A DNA stretch of 63,762 nucleotides, counting the filler. It is 8 parts of 8 records of this genome, joined end to end, with 100 filler letters (N's around TTAATTAATTAA, not from the genome) between each part and the next. Parts side by side here need not be neighbours in the genome. Positions count along the whole stretch, not along the records: positions 6,050 to 14,328 come from SRR31147125_32833; positions 14,429 to 22,456 come from SRR31147125_32853; 6 more parts are not named here. One strand, written 5' to 3'. Shown one piece after another: positions 10,077 to 18,869 of this stretch (positions within the stretch are counted from its first letter, which is position 1; each line of letters starts with the position of its first letter). Position numbers and translations under genes: made by a program. The notes under the pieces were generated by a model. It was not told the DNA's origin, did no database searches, and saw only the letters and a program-made list of their open reading frames with translations.

Positions 10077-10120
10077 AAGGTTAAGATTGAGTAGAGGTTT
10101 AGGTCAAGGTTAAGATTGAG
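10077..10120 (+). repeat. 15-bp direct repeat AAGGTTAAGATTGAG x2
   Basis: Exact copies at 10077-10091 and 10106-10120. Confidence 0.85.
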
Positions 10121-10252
10121 CAGTGTTCTTACTCTTGAAAACATACAAAAATATAATAAAAAACAACTAGTTATAGCTGGTTGTGGCTTGACATTGGTCG
10201 GATTGCATTATAAGACATAGTCTTGAAGGGGTAAGCCTTTAGGAGGGCGTGT

Positions 10253-10834
10253 ATGAAGAAGATGATTGTAACTATAGTGCTGCTTATGGTCTTTGTTTCA
10301 ACAAGTGCATATGCAGGTTCAAACTGTAACTTGTATTTGATGGGTGGAATTAATTCCAATTCTGCACAGAGTTTGATTCAGCAATTGAGAGCAGTTGATG
10401 AAGCTAGTGATTGTTCTGAAGCTACACTTACAATTCTTTCAGGTGGTGGAAGTATAATGTCCACAATCGCTATTGTCGGTGTTCTTACAAATATGAAGAA
10501 GAGGGTAAACACGCTGTGTGCTGGTTATTGTGCGTCAGCCGCTTCACTTTTGCTTGCGGCAGGGAGTGGAACAAGAAGTATGTTTTCAACAGCGACTGTG
10601 ATGATTCATCAAGCAGCTTATTCCTTTTCAGGCGAATACTATACAGATATTGAAGACGAATATGAGGCTATTTCAGATATCAATGAGAAATGGGCGGAGC
10701 TTTATGACAACTATACAAATCTCTCAAAGACAGAGTATATAGAGATTATAGAGAAGGACTATGAATTCAATATGACTCCAAAACAAGCTTTAAAATACGG
10801 TTTTGTAGATAAAATTATCCCAGGGATAGATTAA
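10253..10834 (+). CDS. ClpP-like (peptidase S14) protein with N-terminal signal peptide
   Basis: SGGGS, CASAASLLLAAG (catalytic Ser), VMIHQ (His), QALKYGFVDKII; N-terminus MKKMIVTIVLLMVFVSTSAYA; AGGAGG RBS. Confidence 0.85.
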   Translation: MKKMIVTIVLLMVFVSTSAYAGSNCNLYLMGGINSNSAQSLIQQLRAVDEASDCSEATLTILSGGGSIMSTIAIVGVLTNMKKRVNTLCAGYCASAASLLLAAGSGTRSMFSTATVMIHQAAYSFSGEYYTDIEDEYEAISDINEKWAELYDNYTNLSKTEYIEIIEKDYEFNMTPKQALKYGFVDKIIPGID

Positions 10835-10844
10835 TAAAAATAAT

Positions 10845-10888
10845 CGGTGACGGAGTAAAAGGTGGCGGAGCAAATTTGCTCCGTCACC
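10845..10888 (+). repeat. 44-bp palindromic element, left copy (its 3' hairpin plus T-run also acts as a terminator)
   Basis: CGGTGACGGAGTAAAAGGTGGCGGAGCAAATTTGCTCCGTCACC followed by T7. Confidence 0.85.
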
Positions 10889-10939
10889 TTTTTTTGGCAC
10901 TTGATTTATGAGCATCAATAAAATAGAAGTCTTTTTATT

Positions 10940-12409
10940 ATGAATATTAGACCAAATTGGAAGAGTCGTTTAGGTTTTTTATTTGCAGTAATTGGTTCCG
11001 CAGTTGGTTTGGGTAATATCTGGAGATTTCCATATATTGCATATAAAAATGGCGGCGGGGCATTCTTGATTCCTTACATTATTGCTCTACTTCTCGTCGG
11101 TATTCCACTACTTATCCTTGAACAGGGACTTGGTAATATGAAAAGAGGTGCTGCTCCTCTTGCATACTCTTCAATAAAAAAGAGTTGGGAGTTTCTTGGT
11201 TGGTGGGTCTCTATCTTTATCACTTTCGGCCTAATGCTTTACTATAGCGCTGTTCTTTCATGGTGTTTGAACTATTTTTTCTTTGCTTTCAATCAAGCAT
11301 GGGGAACAAACACCGAGGAATTTTTCTTTGGTAGTTTTCTTGCGGTTGCCAAGAATCCATTTCATCTAGGCGGAATACATCTGACTATCTTACTTGGAAT
11401 ATCCTTTATCTGGTTTATTAATTGGTTTGTTATTTCAAGAGGGATTCGTAAGGGGATTGAGATTGCAAATAAGATTGGTATTCCCATGCTTTTTTGCACT
11501 TTAGGTCTCTTGCTTATTTGGTCAGTTATGCTTCCCGGAGCTGGTGATGGAATTAAGGCTTTGATCACACCAAACCTTGAAAGAATATTTCATCCTCATG
11601 TTTGGAGTGATGCTTTTGGTCAGATTTTCTTTACGCTATCTCTAGGTTCTGGAGCTATGATTGTTTACGCAAGCTACCTCCCAAAAAGGGCAAAGATTAC
11701 GGATAATGCCGCTATTACAGCTTCTGCTAACTCTGGTGTTGAGATTATGGCCGGTTTTGCTGTCTTTGCAATCATTGGTTACATTGCCTCAACTTTGGGC
11801 GAACCGGTAGCTGATGCTGTCACAAGTGGTCCAGGAATTGCCTTTGTTGCCTATCCTCAGGCAATAAATAACCTGCCATTTGGAAATGCAATCTTTGGAG
11901 TTGTCTTTTTCTTTACACTTCTTTTAGCGGGCCTTACTTCATCTGTAGCTATGATTGAAACTTTTATTTCAGCTGCGATCGATAAGTTTGGTTGGAGCAG
12001 AATGAAGGTCACAACGGTAGTCTGCTTGGTTGGTTTTGCGGGAAGTATTGTCTTTGCTACAAATGCCGGCCTTTTATGGTTAGATATAATTGATCACTTG
12101 GTTTGTAATGTTGGAATGATCATGGTAGGCCTTTTCGAAGCGATACTTGTTGCCTGGATTTTTGGTGGCGAAAAATTTATTTCAAAAGTAGAAGAATTTT
12201 CGAGAGTGAAATTGGGAAAGTTCTGGGTTTTATGTGCTAAATTTTTTATTCCAGTAATTTTATTGGTTCTATTTGTTGTTGATCTAGTCAAAAATGTCAG
12301 AACACCTTATGGTGGATATCCCTGGGCAGCAATATTCTTAATAGGTTTGGGTTGGCTTCTTGCAACTTTAGTCGCCGCAAAAATCTTCACTCGTAAAAAA
12401 TGGTCATAA
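10940..12409 (+). CDS. Sodium-dependent transporter, neurotransmitter:sodium symporter (SNF/NSS) family
   Basis: WKSRLGFLFAVIGSAVGLGNIWRFPY..NGGGAFLIPY, GQIFFTLSLG, SGPGIAFVAYP. Confidence 0.95.
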   Translation: MNIRPNWKSRLGFLFAVIGSAVGLGNIWRFPYIAYKNGGGAFLIPYIIALLLVGIPLLILEQGLGNMKRGAAPLAYSSIKKSWEFLGWWVSIFITFGLMLYYSAVLSWCLNYFFFAFNQAWGTNTEEFFFGSFLAVAKNPFHLGGIHLTILLGISFIWFINWFVISRGIRKGIEIANKIGIPMLFCTLGLLLIWSVMLPGAGDGIKALITPNLERIFHPHVWSDAFGQIFFTLSLGSGAMIVYASYLPKRAKITDNAAITASANSGVEIMAGFAVFAIIGYIASTLGEPVADAVTSGPGIAFVAYPQAINNLPFGNAIFGVVFFFTLLLAGLTSSVAMIETFISAAIDKFGWSRMKVTTVVCLVGFAGSIVFATNAGLLWLDIIDHLVCNVGMIMVGLFEAILVAWIFGGEKFISKVEEFSRVKLGKFWVLCAKFFIPVILLVLFVVDLVKNVRTPYGGYPWAAIFLIGLGWLLATLVAAKIFTRKKWS

Positions 12410-12425
12410 GAGTAAGATAGAGTGT

Positions 12426-12469
12426 GGTGACGGAGCAAAATTGCTCTGTCACCTTTTACTCCGTCACCG
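12426..12469 (-). repeat. 44-bp palindromic element, right copy (inverted relative to 10845-10888)
   Basis: Reverse complement matches the left copy at 41/44 positions. Confidence 0.85.
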
Positions 12470-12620
12470 TGTGGGCTGATTGAACACAGTTAAGTGTCGT
12501 ATTATCGAAATAATGTTGTTCTATTAGTATAAATTTAGTATAAATTATATATTATTAGCTAAAACATTCCTGGGCGGAATGTCTTATAACGATTTCTATA
12601 TTTATTAATTGGGGGAGTCC

Positions 12621-14198
12621 ATGAAACGTATATTGTCATTATCAGTAATCATTATTTTTCTAGGCCTTAGCGCACTTTCAGTAGTGGGTTGTGGAGAAAG
12701 TGGTGAGTTAGAAGGAAGTGTTGAATGGTCTAGAGAGAGAATTCCTGATGTTTCCTTAAATGACGATGATACAGATACAGATGAAGATGGTGCTTTTGAT
12801 TCTAATGATAATTGCCCTAATCTTGTAAATCCAGATCAGATAGATAGTGACAACGATGGACTGGGTGATCTTTGTGATGACGATGATGATAACGATGGTT
12901 TGTTAGACGATGAAGATAATTGCAGTACAGTTTCGAATGCGGACCAATTAGATATCGATAATGATGGTGTTGGAAATGCCTGTGACAACGATATGGATGG
13001 TGATGGGACTGCTAATGGCGATGATAATTGTCCGCTTGTTCAAAACTCTGGTCAGAGTGATGTCGATGCAGACGGTGTCGGCGATGCTTGTGAAGAAGAT
13101 GCTGATGGTGATGGTTTGGGTAATGACCTCGATAATTGTCCTTTAGCTGTTAACCCAGGTCAGGAAGATCAAGATGGCGACGCAATTGGTGACGTTTGTG
13201 ATCCAGATATCGATGGCGATTCTATAAATAATACAGAAGATAACTGTGCAATAGTCCCAAACACAAATCAGGTGAATCATGATGATGATCCAGAAGGTGA
13301 TGCGTGTGATACAGATGATGATAACGATGGGATTTTAGATGATGGTGGGGATCACATCTGTGCTGATACAGAAGTTGTAGATTGTGATGATAATTGCTCT
13401 GTAGTTGCTAATGCTGGGCAAGAGGATCAGGATGGAGATTTATTGGGCGATGCTTGTGATCCTGATATCGATGGCGATGGTGTTTTGAATGATGATGATA
13501 CCTGTCCAACAGTAGACGATGATCAGACTGATACAGATGGTGATGGTGCAGGCGATGCTTGTGATACAGATGATGACGATGATGGTGTTTTGGATGTTGA
13601 CGATAACTGTCAGTTAATTTCAAACCCAGATCAGTTGGATAATGAAGCTGATGGCCTCGGTGATCTCTGTGATGATGATGATGACAATGATTCGGTTTTA
13701 GATATTAATGACAACTGTCAATTTACAAGCAACTTAGATCAGGGTGTTTCTCACTACGGTGGTCCATTCCCATCAGATCCAATCGGTGAGCTTTTTATGG
13801 CTCAGCATGCCGGCCAGCGTCCTCCAGGAGATGCTTGTAATGATGATTATAATTTCGATGGCACTGTGAATGACCCAGAAGGTCTTGGTGTTTTAGGTTG
13901 TGCTGATTATTTTAGCAGTGATTATTGTGACTGGGCAGACCCTGATGATTGGGATGGTGACGGTGTTGTTAATGGTTCCGATAGCTGTGTTGCTGTAGCA
14001 AATGGTGGTGCTTTGCAGGAAAATATCGATGATCTTCTTCCTGATGAATATGGCTTGGGTTGCGATGCAGATATCGATGGTGATGGAATTCCAAACTTTA
14101 ATATTAATAACGATTTTCTAGATGATGATATGGATGGCGATGGCGTCGATAACTTAATTGAAGATCCGCTATTTTGTGTCTTTACAGATGGCTGTTAA
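12621..14198 (+). CDS. Lipoprotein with thrombospondin type-3 (Ca-binding) repeats
   Basis: Signal peptide with VVGC lipobox; many DNCP..NPDQ.D.D.DG.GD.CD repeats; GGGGAG RBS before ATG 12621. Confidence 0.9.
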   Translation: MKRILSLSVIIIFLGLSALSVVGCGESGELEGSVEWSRERIPDVSLNDDDTDTDEDGAFDSNDNCPNLVNPDQIDSDNDGLGDLCDDDDDNDGLLDDEDNCSTVSNADQLDIDNDGVGNACDNDMDGDGTANGDDNCPLVQNSGQSDVDADGVGDACEEDADGDGLGNDLDNCPLAVNPGQEDQDGDAIGDVCDPDIDGDSINNTEDNCAIVPNTNQVNHDDDPEGDACDTDDDNDGILDDGGDHICADTEVVDCDDNCSVVANAGQEDQDGDLLGDACDPDIDGDGVLNDDDTCPTVDDDQTDTDGDGAGDACDTDDDDDGVLDVDDNCQLISNPDQLDNEADGLGDLCDDDDDNDSVLDINDNCQFTSNLDQGVSHYGGPFPSDPIGELFMAQHAGQRPPGDACNDDYNFDGTVNDPEGLGVLGCADYFSSDYCDWADPDDWDGDGVVNGSDSCVAVANGGALQENIDDLLPDEYGLGCDADIDGDGIPNFNINNDFLDDDMDGDGVDNLIEDPLFCVFTDGC

Positions 14199-14247
14199 TT
14201 GTATATAGATGTTCTACTTCGTCACTCGAGGGGGAGTGGCGAAATCT

Positions 14248-14276
14248 AACGCCAGGCATAACGTGTCTGGCGTTTT
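14248..14276 (+). terminator. Rho-independent terminator (preceded by a second hairpin at about 14218-14243)
   Basis: AACGCCAGGCA-TAACG-TGTCTGGCGTT-TT. Confidence 0.7.
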
Positions 14277-14296
14277 CTATTTGTGTGTATGGGTAT

Positions 14297-14328
14297 GACA
14301 TTGCGAGGAGCTTTAGCGACGCGGCAAT
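14297..14328 (+). repeat. REP-like palindromic repeat (..CATTGCGAGG..AGCGACGCGGCAATC type), truncated; partial copy at 6050-6067
   Basis: AGCGACGCGGCAAT is shared between 6052-6065 and 14315-14328, at the two contig ends. Confidence 0.65.
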
Positions 14329-14428
14329 NNNNNNNNNNNNNNNNNNNNNNNNNNNNNNNNNNNNNNNNNNNNTTAATTAATTAANNNNNNNNNNNNNNNN
14401 NNNNNNNNNNNNNNNNNNNNNNNNNNNN
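14329..14428. other. Artificial contig spacer
   Basis: N-run/TTAATTAATTAA/N-run. Confidence 0.99.
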
Positions 14429-14608
14429 TTTAATTTCTCTGTGAACAGTTACTTTCTTTAATGTTGCGTTGAATTTTTTCAATTCAATACGATCAGGTGT
14501 ATTCTTCCTGTTCTTTGTAGTAACGTACCGTGAAGTACCTGGTACTCCGCTGTCTTTATGCTCAGTACATTCCAAAATAACCTGGACTCTATTACCTTTC
14601 TTAGCCAT
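14429..14608 (-). CDS. rpmG: 50S ribosomal protein L33 (stop codon lost at contig end)
   Basis: [39 protein letters not shown], Bacteroidota type. Confidence 0.97.
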
Positions 14609-14619
14609 TGTTTACGCTT

Positions 14620-14861
14620 TTAAATATTCGTTACGAATCCTTTTTCTTTTGCTTCCTTCAGGACTACGCTCAACCCTTTTTTGTTGATAGTACGAATACC
14701 TGCGGCAGAAACAGTCAATGAAATCCAACGATCTTCCTCAGGAAGATAGAATTTCTTCTTGAACAAATTCGGTAAAAACCGACGCTTTGTCCTTCTTTTA
14801 GAGTGAGAAACATTATTTCCCACCATCATTTTTTTCCAGTAACTTGACAAACTCTTGACAT
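14620..14861 (-). CDS. rpmB: 50S ribosomal protein L28 (one A missing from a homopolymer near 14829-14835)
   Basis: ATG 14861 gives [10 protein letters not shown]; the other frame continues [23 protein letters not shown]. Confidence 0.95.
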
Positions 14862-15231
14862 TGTCTTATGTTTTTATTCAGAATCACACGTTTTTCAAAC
14901 AGTTCGCAAAATAAGCACATTATTTTCAATTTATCAAGAACTAGCACAAGTTTTTTCTTTAGATTTCAACAACTTAATGTTCATAACCGCATTTATAAAT
15001 AACCGCTTGAACATCAGATTCAACAAAATATCAAAAATAAATGATTTAAAACCCTTTGCTTCTATAAACTTTTGATTAAAAATTTAAAAAACACACATCT
15101 AAATTAAGAACATTTGCTCTAATAGATATAATTGATTTAACTTTAAATAAAATTGAACTGAATGCATGAACAACTTGCTACCACAATAGTTATAGTTAGT
15201 GAAAACACGAATCACTTAAAAAACAAAAAAA

Positions 15232-15876
15232 ATGGAAGAACAAATTAACCAAATGCCTAGAATTGGAGATATTGCTCCAGATTTTGAGGCAAACACAACC
15301 TACGGCCCATTAAAATTTTCCGAATACAATAAAGGAAATTGGGTAATCTTATTTTCACATCCTGCAGACTTTACTCCTGTTTGCACAACCGAGATGAGTG
15401 GTTTTGCAACTCGAAGCGATGAGTTTAAAGCGCTTAACACAAAACTAATTGGACTAAGCATTGACAGTATTCATGCACATGTAGCTTGGGTGAATAATGT
15501 AAAAAAGAACACAGGTGTACTATTCAACTTTCCAATAATCGCTGACATTGACATGAAAGTCTCCAAGCTATATGGAATGCTTCAGCCAAACGAAAGTGAA
15601 ACGGCTGCTGTTCGTGCAGTATTTATTATTGACCCTACTGGGAAAGTCCGTCTTATCATGTATTATCCGCTTAATGTTGGAAGAAATATGGATGAAATCG
15701 TTCGCTGCCTAAAGGCACTTCAAACTTCAGATAAACATGGAGTTGCACTTCCTCTAAACTGGGTGCCTGGTGAAAAAGTTATTGTGCCTCCGCCAAAAAC
15801 GGTTGAAGAGATGGAAGCTCGTGAAAAATCGGATTACGAGATGGTTGATTTCTATCTGGCAAAAAAAGATTTATAG
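15232..15876 (+). CDS. Peroxiredoxin (Prx6 subfamily)
   Basis: FSHPADFTPVCTTE, YYPLNVGRNMDE. Confidence 0.95.
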   Translation: MEEQINQMPRIGDIAPDFEANTTYGPLKFSEYNKGNWVILFSHPADFTPVCTTEMSGFATRSDEFKALNTKLIGLSIDSIHAHVAWVNNVKKNTGVLFNFPIIADIDMKVSKLYGMLQPNESETAAVRAVFIIDPTGKVRLIMYYPLNVGRNMDEIVRCLKALQTSDKHGVALPLNWVPGEKVIVPPPKTVEEMEAREKSDYEMVDFYLAKKDL

Positions 15877-15895
15877 AGTGGAATTTCTATTTACT

Positions 15896-15937
15896 GAACA
15901 GGAGGCATAATTCATTTTAGCTTCCTGTTCTTTTTTG
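15896..15937 (+). terminator. Rho-independent terminator
   Basis: GAACAGGAGGC...GCTTCCTGTTC followed by T-run. Confidence 0.75.
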
Positions 15938-15973
15938 ATTAAAAGTGTTTATTTTAGAGACAAAATATAATCT

Positions 15974-16798
15974 ATGAGTATAGCCCGGGTAAAATATTAT
16001 CCAACAATTTTGGGAGCAGCCCATCTGGTCATCTTATATATTTTCATTCAAACCATTGTCGATTTCCCGATAGCGATTTGGGATTATTATCATGGTACAG
16101 AATATCTATATAATCCAATTAAGAAGATCACTCTAGGAGTTGGATCAATATTGTTTATTCTATATTTTGCATATCGTAAAGCGAAAACAAAACTAACAAA
16201 CCTCTTCCCTATAAGATGGTTCAATCCTCTCATTTTCATCCCGATTGTTCTTTTTTTGTGGTCAGCTCACATTTATTTGGTAAAAATAAACATTGCTATC
16301 GATGCTGTTTTTCCTCCTCCAGATTGGTTCTGGGAGCTATTCAGTAAAGTTTTTGATAGCGATTATGGAATTTACGGAGCATTTTTAAAAATTGTAATTA
16401 TTGCTCCAATAATTGAAGAACTTATTTTTCGAGGGGTAATCATGCATGGCTTTATGCGTAATTATCCTAAAATCATAGCCATCTTTTTTTCAGCGCTTTT
16501 ATTTGCATTATTTCATTTAAACCCATGGCAATTTCCTGCAACTTTTTTGCTTGGCTTACTTTTGGGATGGATAATGGTGATCACCCGAAATATTTTTGCA
16601 TGCATAATTGGACATGCCATCAACAATGGGATGGTTTTGCTCGAAATACAATACGCTTATAAAATTAGCGAATTTCCAATCTATTTAATTGAAGATGAAG
16701 CTTTGTTACGGCTCAGTTATTTAGTTTCGGCATTAAGTGTAATCCTTATTGGTATATTTGCAATTACATCGAAAAAACACAATACAAACACACTCTAA
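15974..16798 (+). CDS. CPBP (CAAX/Abi) intramembrane metalloprotease
   Basis: APIIEELIFRG, FALFH, GHAINN motifs. Confidence 0.93.
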   Translation: MSIARVKYYPTILGAAHLVILYIFIQTIVDFPIAIWDYYHGTEYLYNPIKKITLGVGSILFILYFAYRKAKTKLTNLFPIRWFNPLIFIPIVLFLWSAHIYLVKINIAIDAVFPPPDWFWELFSKVFDSDYGIYGAFLKIVIIAPIIEELIFRGVIMHGFMRNYPKIIAIFFSALLFALFHLNPWQFPATFLLGLLLGWIMVITRNIFACIIGHAINNGMVLLEIQYAYKISEFPIYLIEDEALLRLSYLVSALSVILIGIFAITSKKHNTNTL

Positions 16799-17275
16799 AT
16801 GGACTACTTTTTAATTGGAATAGGAATTCTATTTATTTTATTTGGAATAGCTGGTGGAATTCTTCCCATAATACCAGGACCTCCGTTAAGCTATTTAGGA
16901 TTGATTTTTCTGCACTTTACAGATAAATATCACTTCACTTCAAAATTTCTAATTATATGGGCAATAATTACAGTGGTAGTTTATGTATTGGATTATGTAA
17001 TACCAGCTTGGGGAACAAAAAAATTTGGAGGAAGTAAGCGAGGTGTATGGGGGAGCATTATCGGACTTATTCTGGGTCTGTTTTTCTTTCCACCCCTCGG
17101 AATAATAATCGGACCATTTGCGGGTGCTGTTGTAGCTGAACTATCAGGTGGAAAAGACCGAGCAACTGCAATCAAAGCTGGTTTTGGGTCGTTTGTTGGC
17201 TTTTTATTGGGCACAATGCTGAAGCTAATCGTTTCGGGAATGATGACCTGGTACTTTTTCGCTGAGATAATCTAA
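16799..17275 (+). CDS. DUF456 family membrane protein
   Basis: LPIIPGPPL, KKFGGSKRGVWGS, IIGPFAGAVVAEL. Confidence 0.9.
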   Translation: MDYFLIGIGILFILFGIAGGILPIIPGPPLSYLGLIFLHFTDKYHFTSKFLIIWAIITVVVYVLDYVIPAWGTKKFGGSKRGVWGSIIGLILGLFFFPPLGIIIGPFAGAVVAELSGGKDRATAIKAGFGSFVGFLLGTMLKLIVSGMMTWYFFAEII

Positions 17276-17278
17276 ATA

Positions 17279-17725
17279 TTAAATTTTTATCTTGCCATCA
17301 ACACGTAAACCATCTGAAATATCATAACCAGCCAACGTATTTTCACTTGACTGTATCACCATATAAATCATAGAGTCATCAGATCTATTACTTAATGTCC
17401 GGCTTCCTTCTGGAGCAACCCGAACTACAGAACCTTCAATAATTTCAAATTCACAATCATCAACCTGATAGCAGCCAGAACCTTTGAGAAATATATAAAT
17501 TTCTTCGTGCTTAACATGTTTATGCAAAAATGAGATTGTAGTTTGAGGAGAAAGCTCACGAAAGGATATTTCAGAGCCGGTAGCCCCCAAGAGATCTCCT
17601 ACAAACAATCTACTATGATCTACCGTCCCTAGTTTAGGATGAATAAACTTATGAGCAGATAATTGATCTAGTTTACCAATATTAATTGCCTTGTGGTTTT
17701 CTCCTTTAGAAATTACGTCAATCAT
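17279..17725 (-). CDS. Cupin domain protein
   Basis: FLHKHVKHEEIYIFLKGSG, EGSVVRVAP. Confidence 0.88.
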   Translation of the reverse strand: MIDVISKGENHKAINIGKLDQLSAHKFIHPKLGTVDHSRLFVGDLLGATGSEISFRELSPQTTISFLHKHVKHEEIYIFLKGSGCYQVDDCEFEIIEGSVVRVAPEGSRTLSNRSDDSMIYMVIQSSENTLAGYDISDGLRVDGKIKI

Positions 17726-17765
17726 GATTATGAAATAACGAGATTAAAATATAAAATCAATAAAA

Positions 17766-18758
17766 TTAAAGTGAGCCTCGCCTATTCAGATATGTTGGTA
17801 GCGTTTCATAGACTTTTTCTTTAGACTGAATAAACTTTGCTGCCTTTTCTCCCATTTCTTTAAAATTAACTGAAATTGTAGTTATGCCTGAACTAACAAT
17901 TTCTTTCATAGGTGTGTCATTGAACGAAATTAGACCTACATCTTCGCCCAATTTCAACCCATTACTTTTACAGTTTTTTACAATCTCCACCAAATCATCA
18001 TCTTTAATGATAAAAAATGCCTGTCCTTTTCGAATAGGTAAGTCAATAGTTTTTGTAACTATCGAATGATTTAATTTATGTTTTTTACAGAATAGTGAAA
18101 ATGAATCAATGGTTTCTCGTGGATGTGGAGTAACTTCAGGAAACACCAAATGAAACTCATTATACATTTTTATCTGAACCAATCCTTGCTCTAAACATTC
18201 TGCTACAGCATCGTGAAAATTTTGATTCAAATAGGATATTTCAGGAACATCGGGCTCTCCCATGTCAAGAATAAGCAACTTATTGGGGTCTATTTTCTTA
18301 ACCACATTTTCAATTCGCTTATTATCAATATTCATAACTACATACATGCTATATCGCCCAAGACTATTCAGAATTAGCTGTTCAAACACAAGAGGGTTAT
18401 AATGATGAAAAAGCAAATCAACAACATAATTATCAGGCAAAGCATTCCTAAAGCTTGTATATAGTTGTTCTTTGAAAGCACTAAAATTGTCGAGCAATAT
18501 AAAAACATTAAATGACTCGTTTCTAACAAAGTACCCTTTAGTTGGAGTAGATGAAATAACGCTTTGATGCTTGAGTTTCGTATATGCTTTAAATATGGTA
18601 TCGCGAGAAAGTCCGCTTTGTTTACTAAGGCTATTAACCGATGGCAAAAAATCACCTTCTTTCAAATCACCATTACTAATTGAACTTGTAATAGCATGAA
18701 TGAGCTGTTGTAATTTTGTTTGTGTAGAAGATTGATCTAGTTGAAATTTAAATGCCAT
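17766..18758 (-). CDS. GntR-HTH plus sugar-binding domain regulator (FucR-like)
   Basis: GDFLPSVNSLS..LSRDTIFKAY..GYFV; C-terminal ISFNDTPMKE..ITTISVNF; located in the fucose locus. Confidence 0.9.
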   Translation of the reverse strand: MAFKFQLDQSSTQTKLQQLIHAITSSISNGDLKEGDFLPSVNSLSKQSGLSRDTIFKAYTKLKHQSVISSTPTKGYFVRNESFNVFILLDNFSAFKEQLYTSFRNALPDNYVVDLLFHHYNPLVFEQLILNSLGRYSMYVVMNIDNKRIENVVKKIDPNKLLILDMGEPDVPEISYLNQNFHDAVAECLEQGLVQIKMYNEFHLVFPEVTPHPRETIDSFSLFCKKHKLNHSIVTKTIDLPIRKGQAFFIIKDDDLVEIVKNCKSNGLKLGEDVGLISFNDTPMKEIVSSGITTISVNFKEMGEKAAKFIQSKEKVYETLPTYLNRRGSL

Positions 18759-18781
18759 TGGTAGATTTTCAATATTTGTTT

Positions 18782-18789
18782 CAAATGTA
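18782..18789 (-). promoter_or_regulatory. Bacteroidota -7 promoter element (TAnnTTTG)
   Basis: TACATTTG on the minus strand about 24 nt upstream of the regulator ATG. Confidence 0.55.
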
Positions 18790-18869
18790 TAAAAAGCAGG
18801 TAAAAACCTACTTTTCACAGTAAACTTTCACCCACATTATTTCGTAATAAATTCAATTAAAGTCAAAAC

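Noticed and set aside
10253-10834. ClpP-like gene as a phage prohead protease
   Set aside because: No portal, terminase or capsid neighbours, and it carries a signal peptide
12760-14160. Periodic GATGATGAT/GATAATTG repeats resembling a CRISPR or tandem array
   Set aside because: Fully explained by Asp-rich TSP3 coding repeats; no constant repeat-spacer structure and no cas genes
6050-14328. Terminal 14-bp direct repeat suggesting a circular element
   Set aside because: Adjacent bases differ, the motif is a REP-like palindrome, and the cargo (full-length bacterial polA, transporter) looks chromosomal
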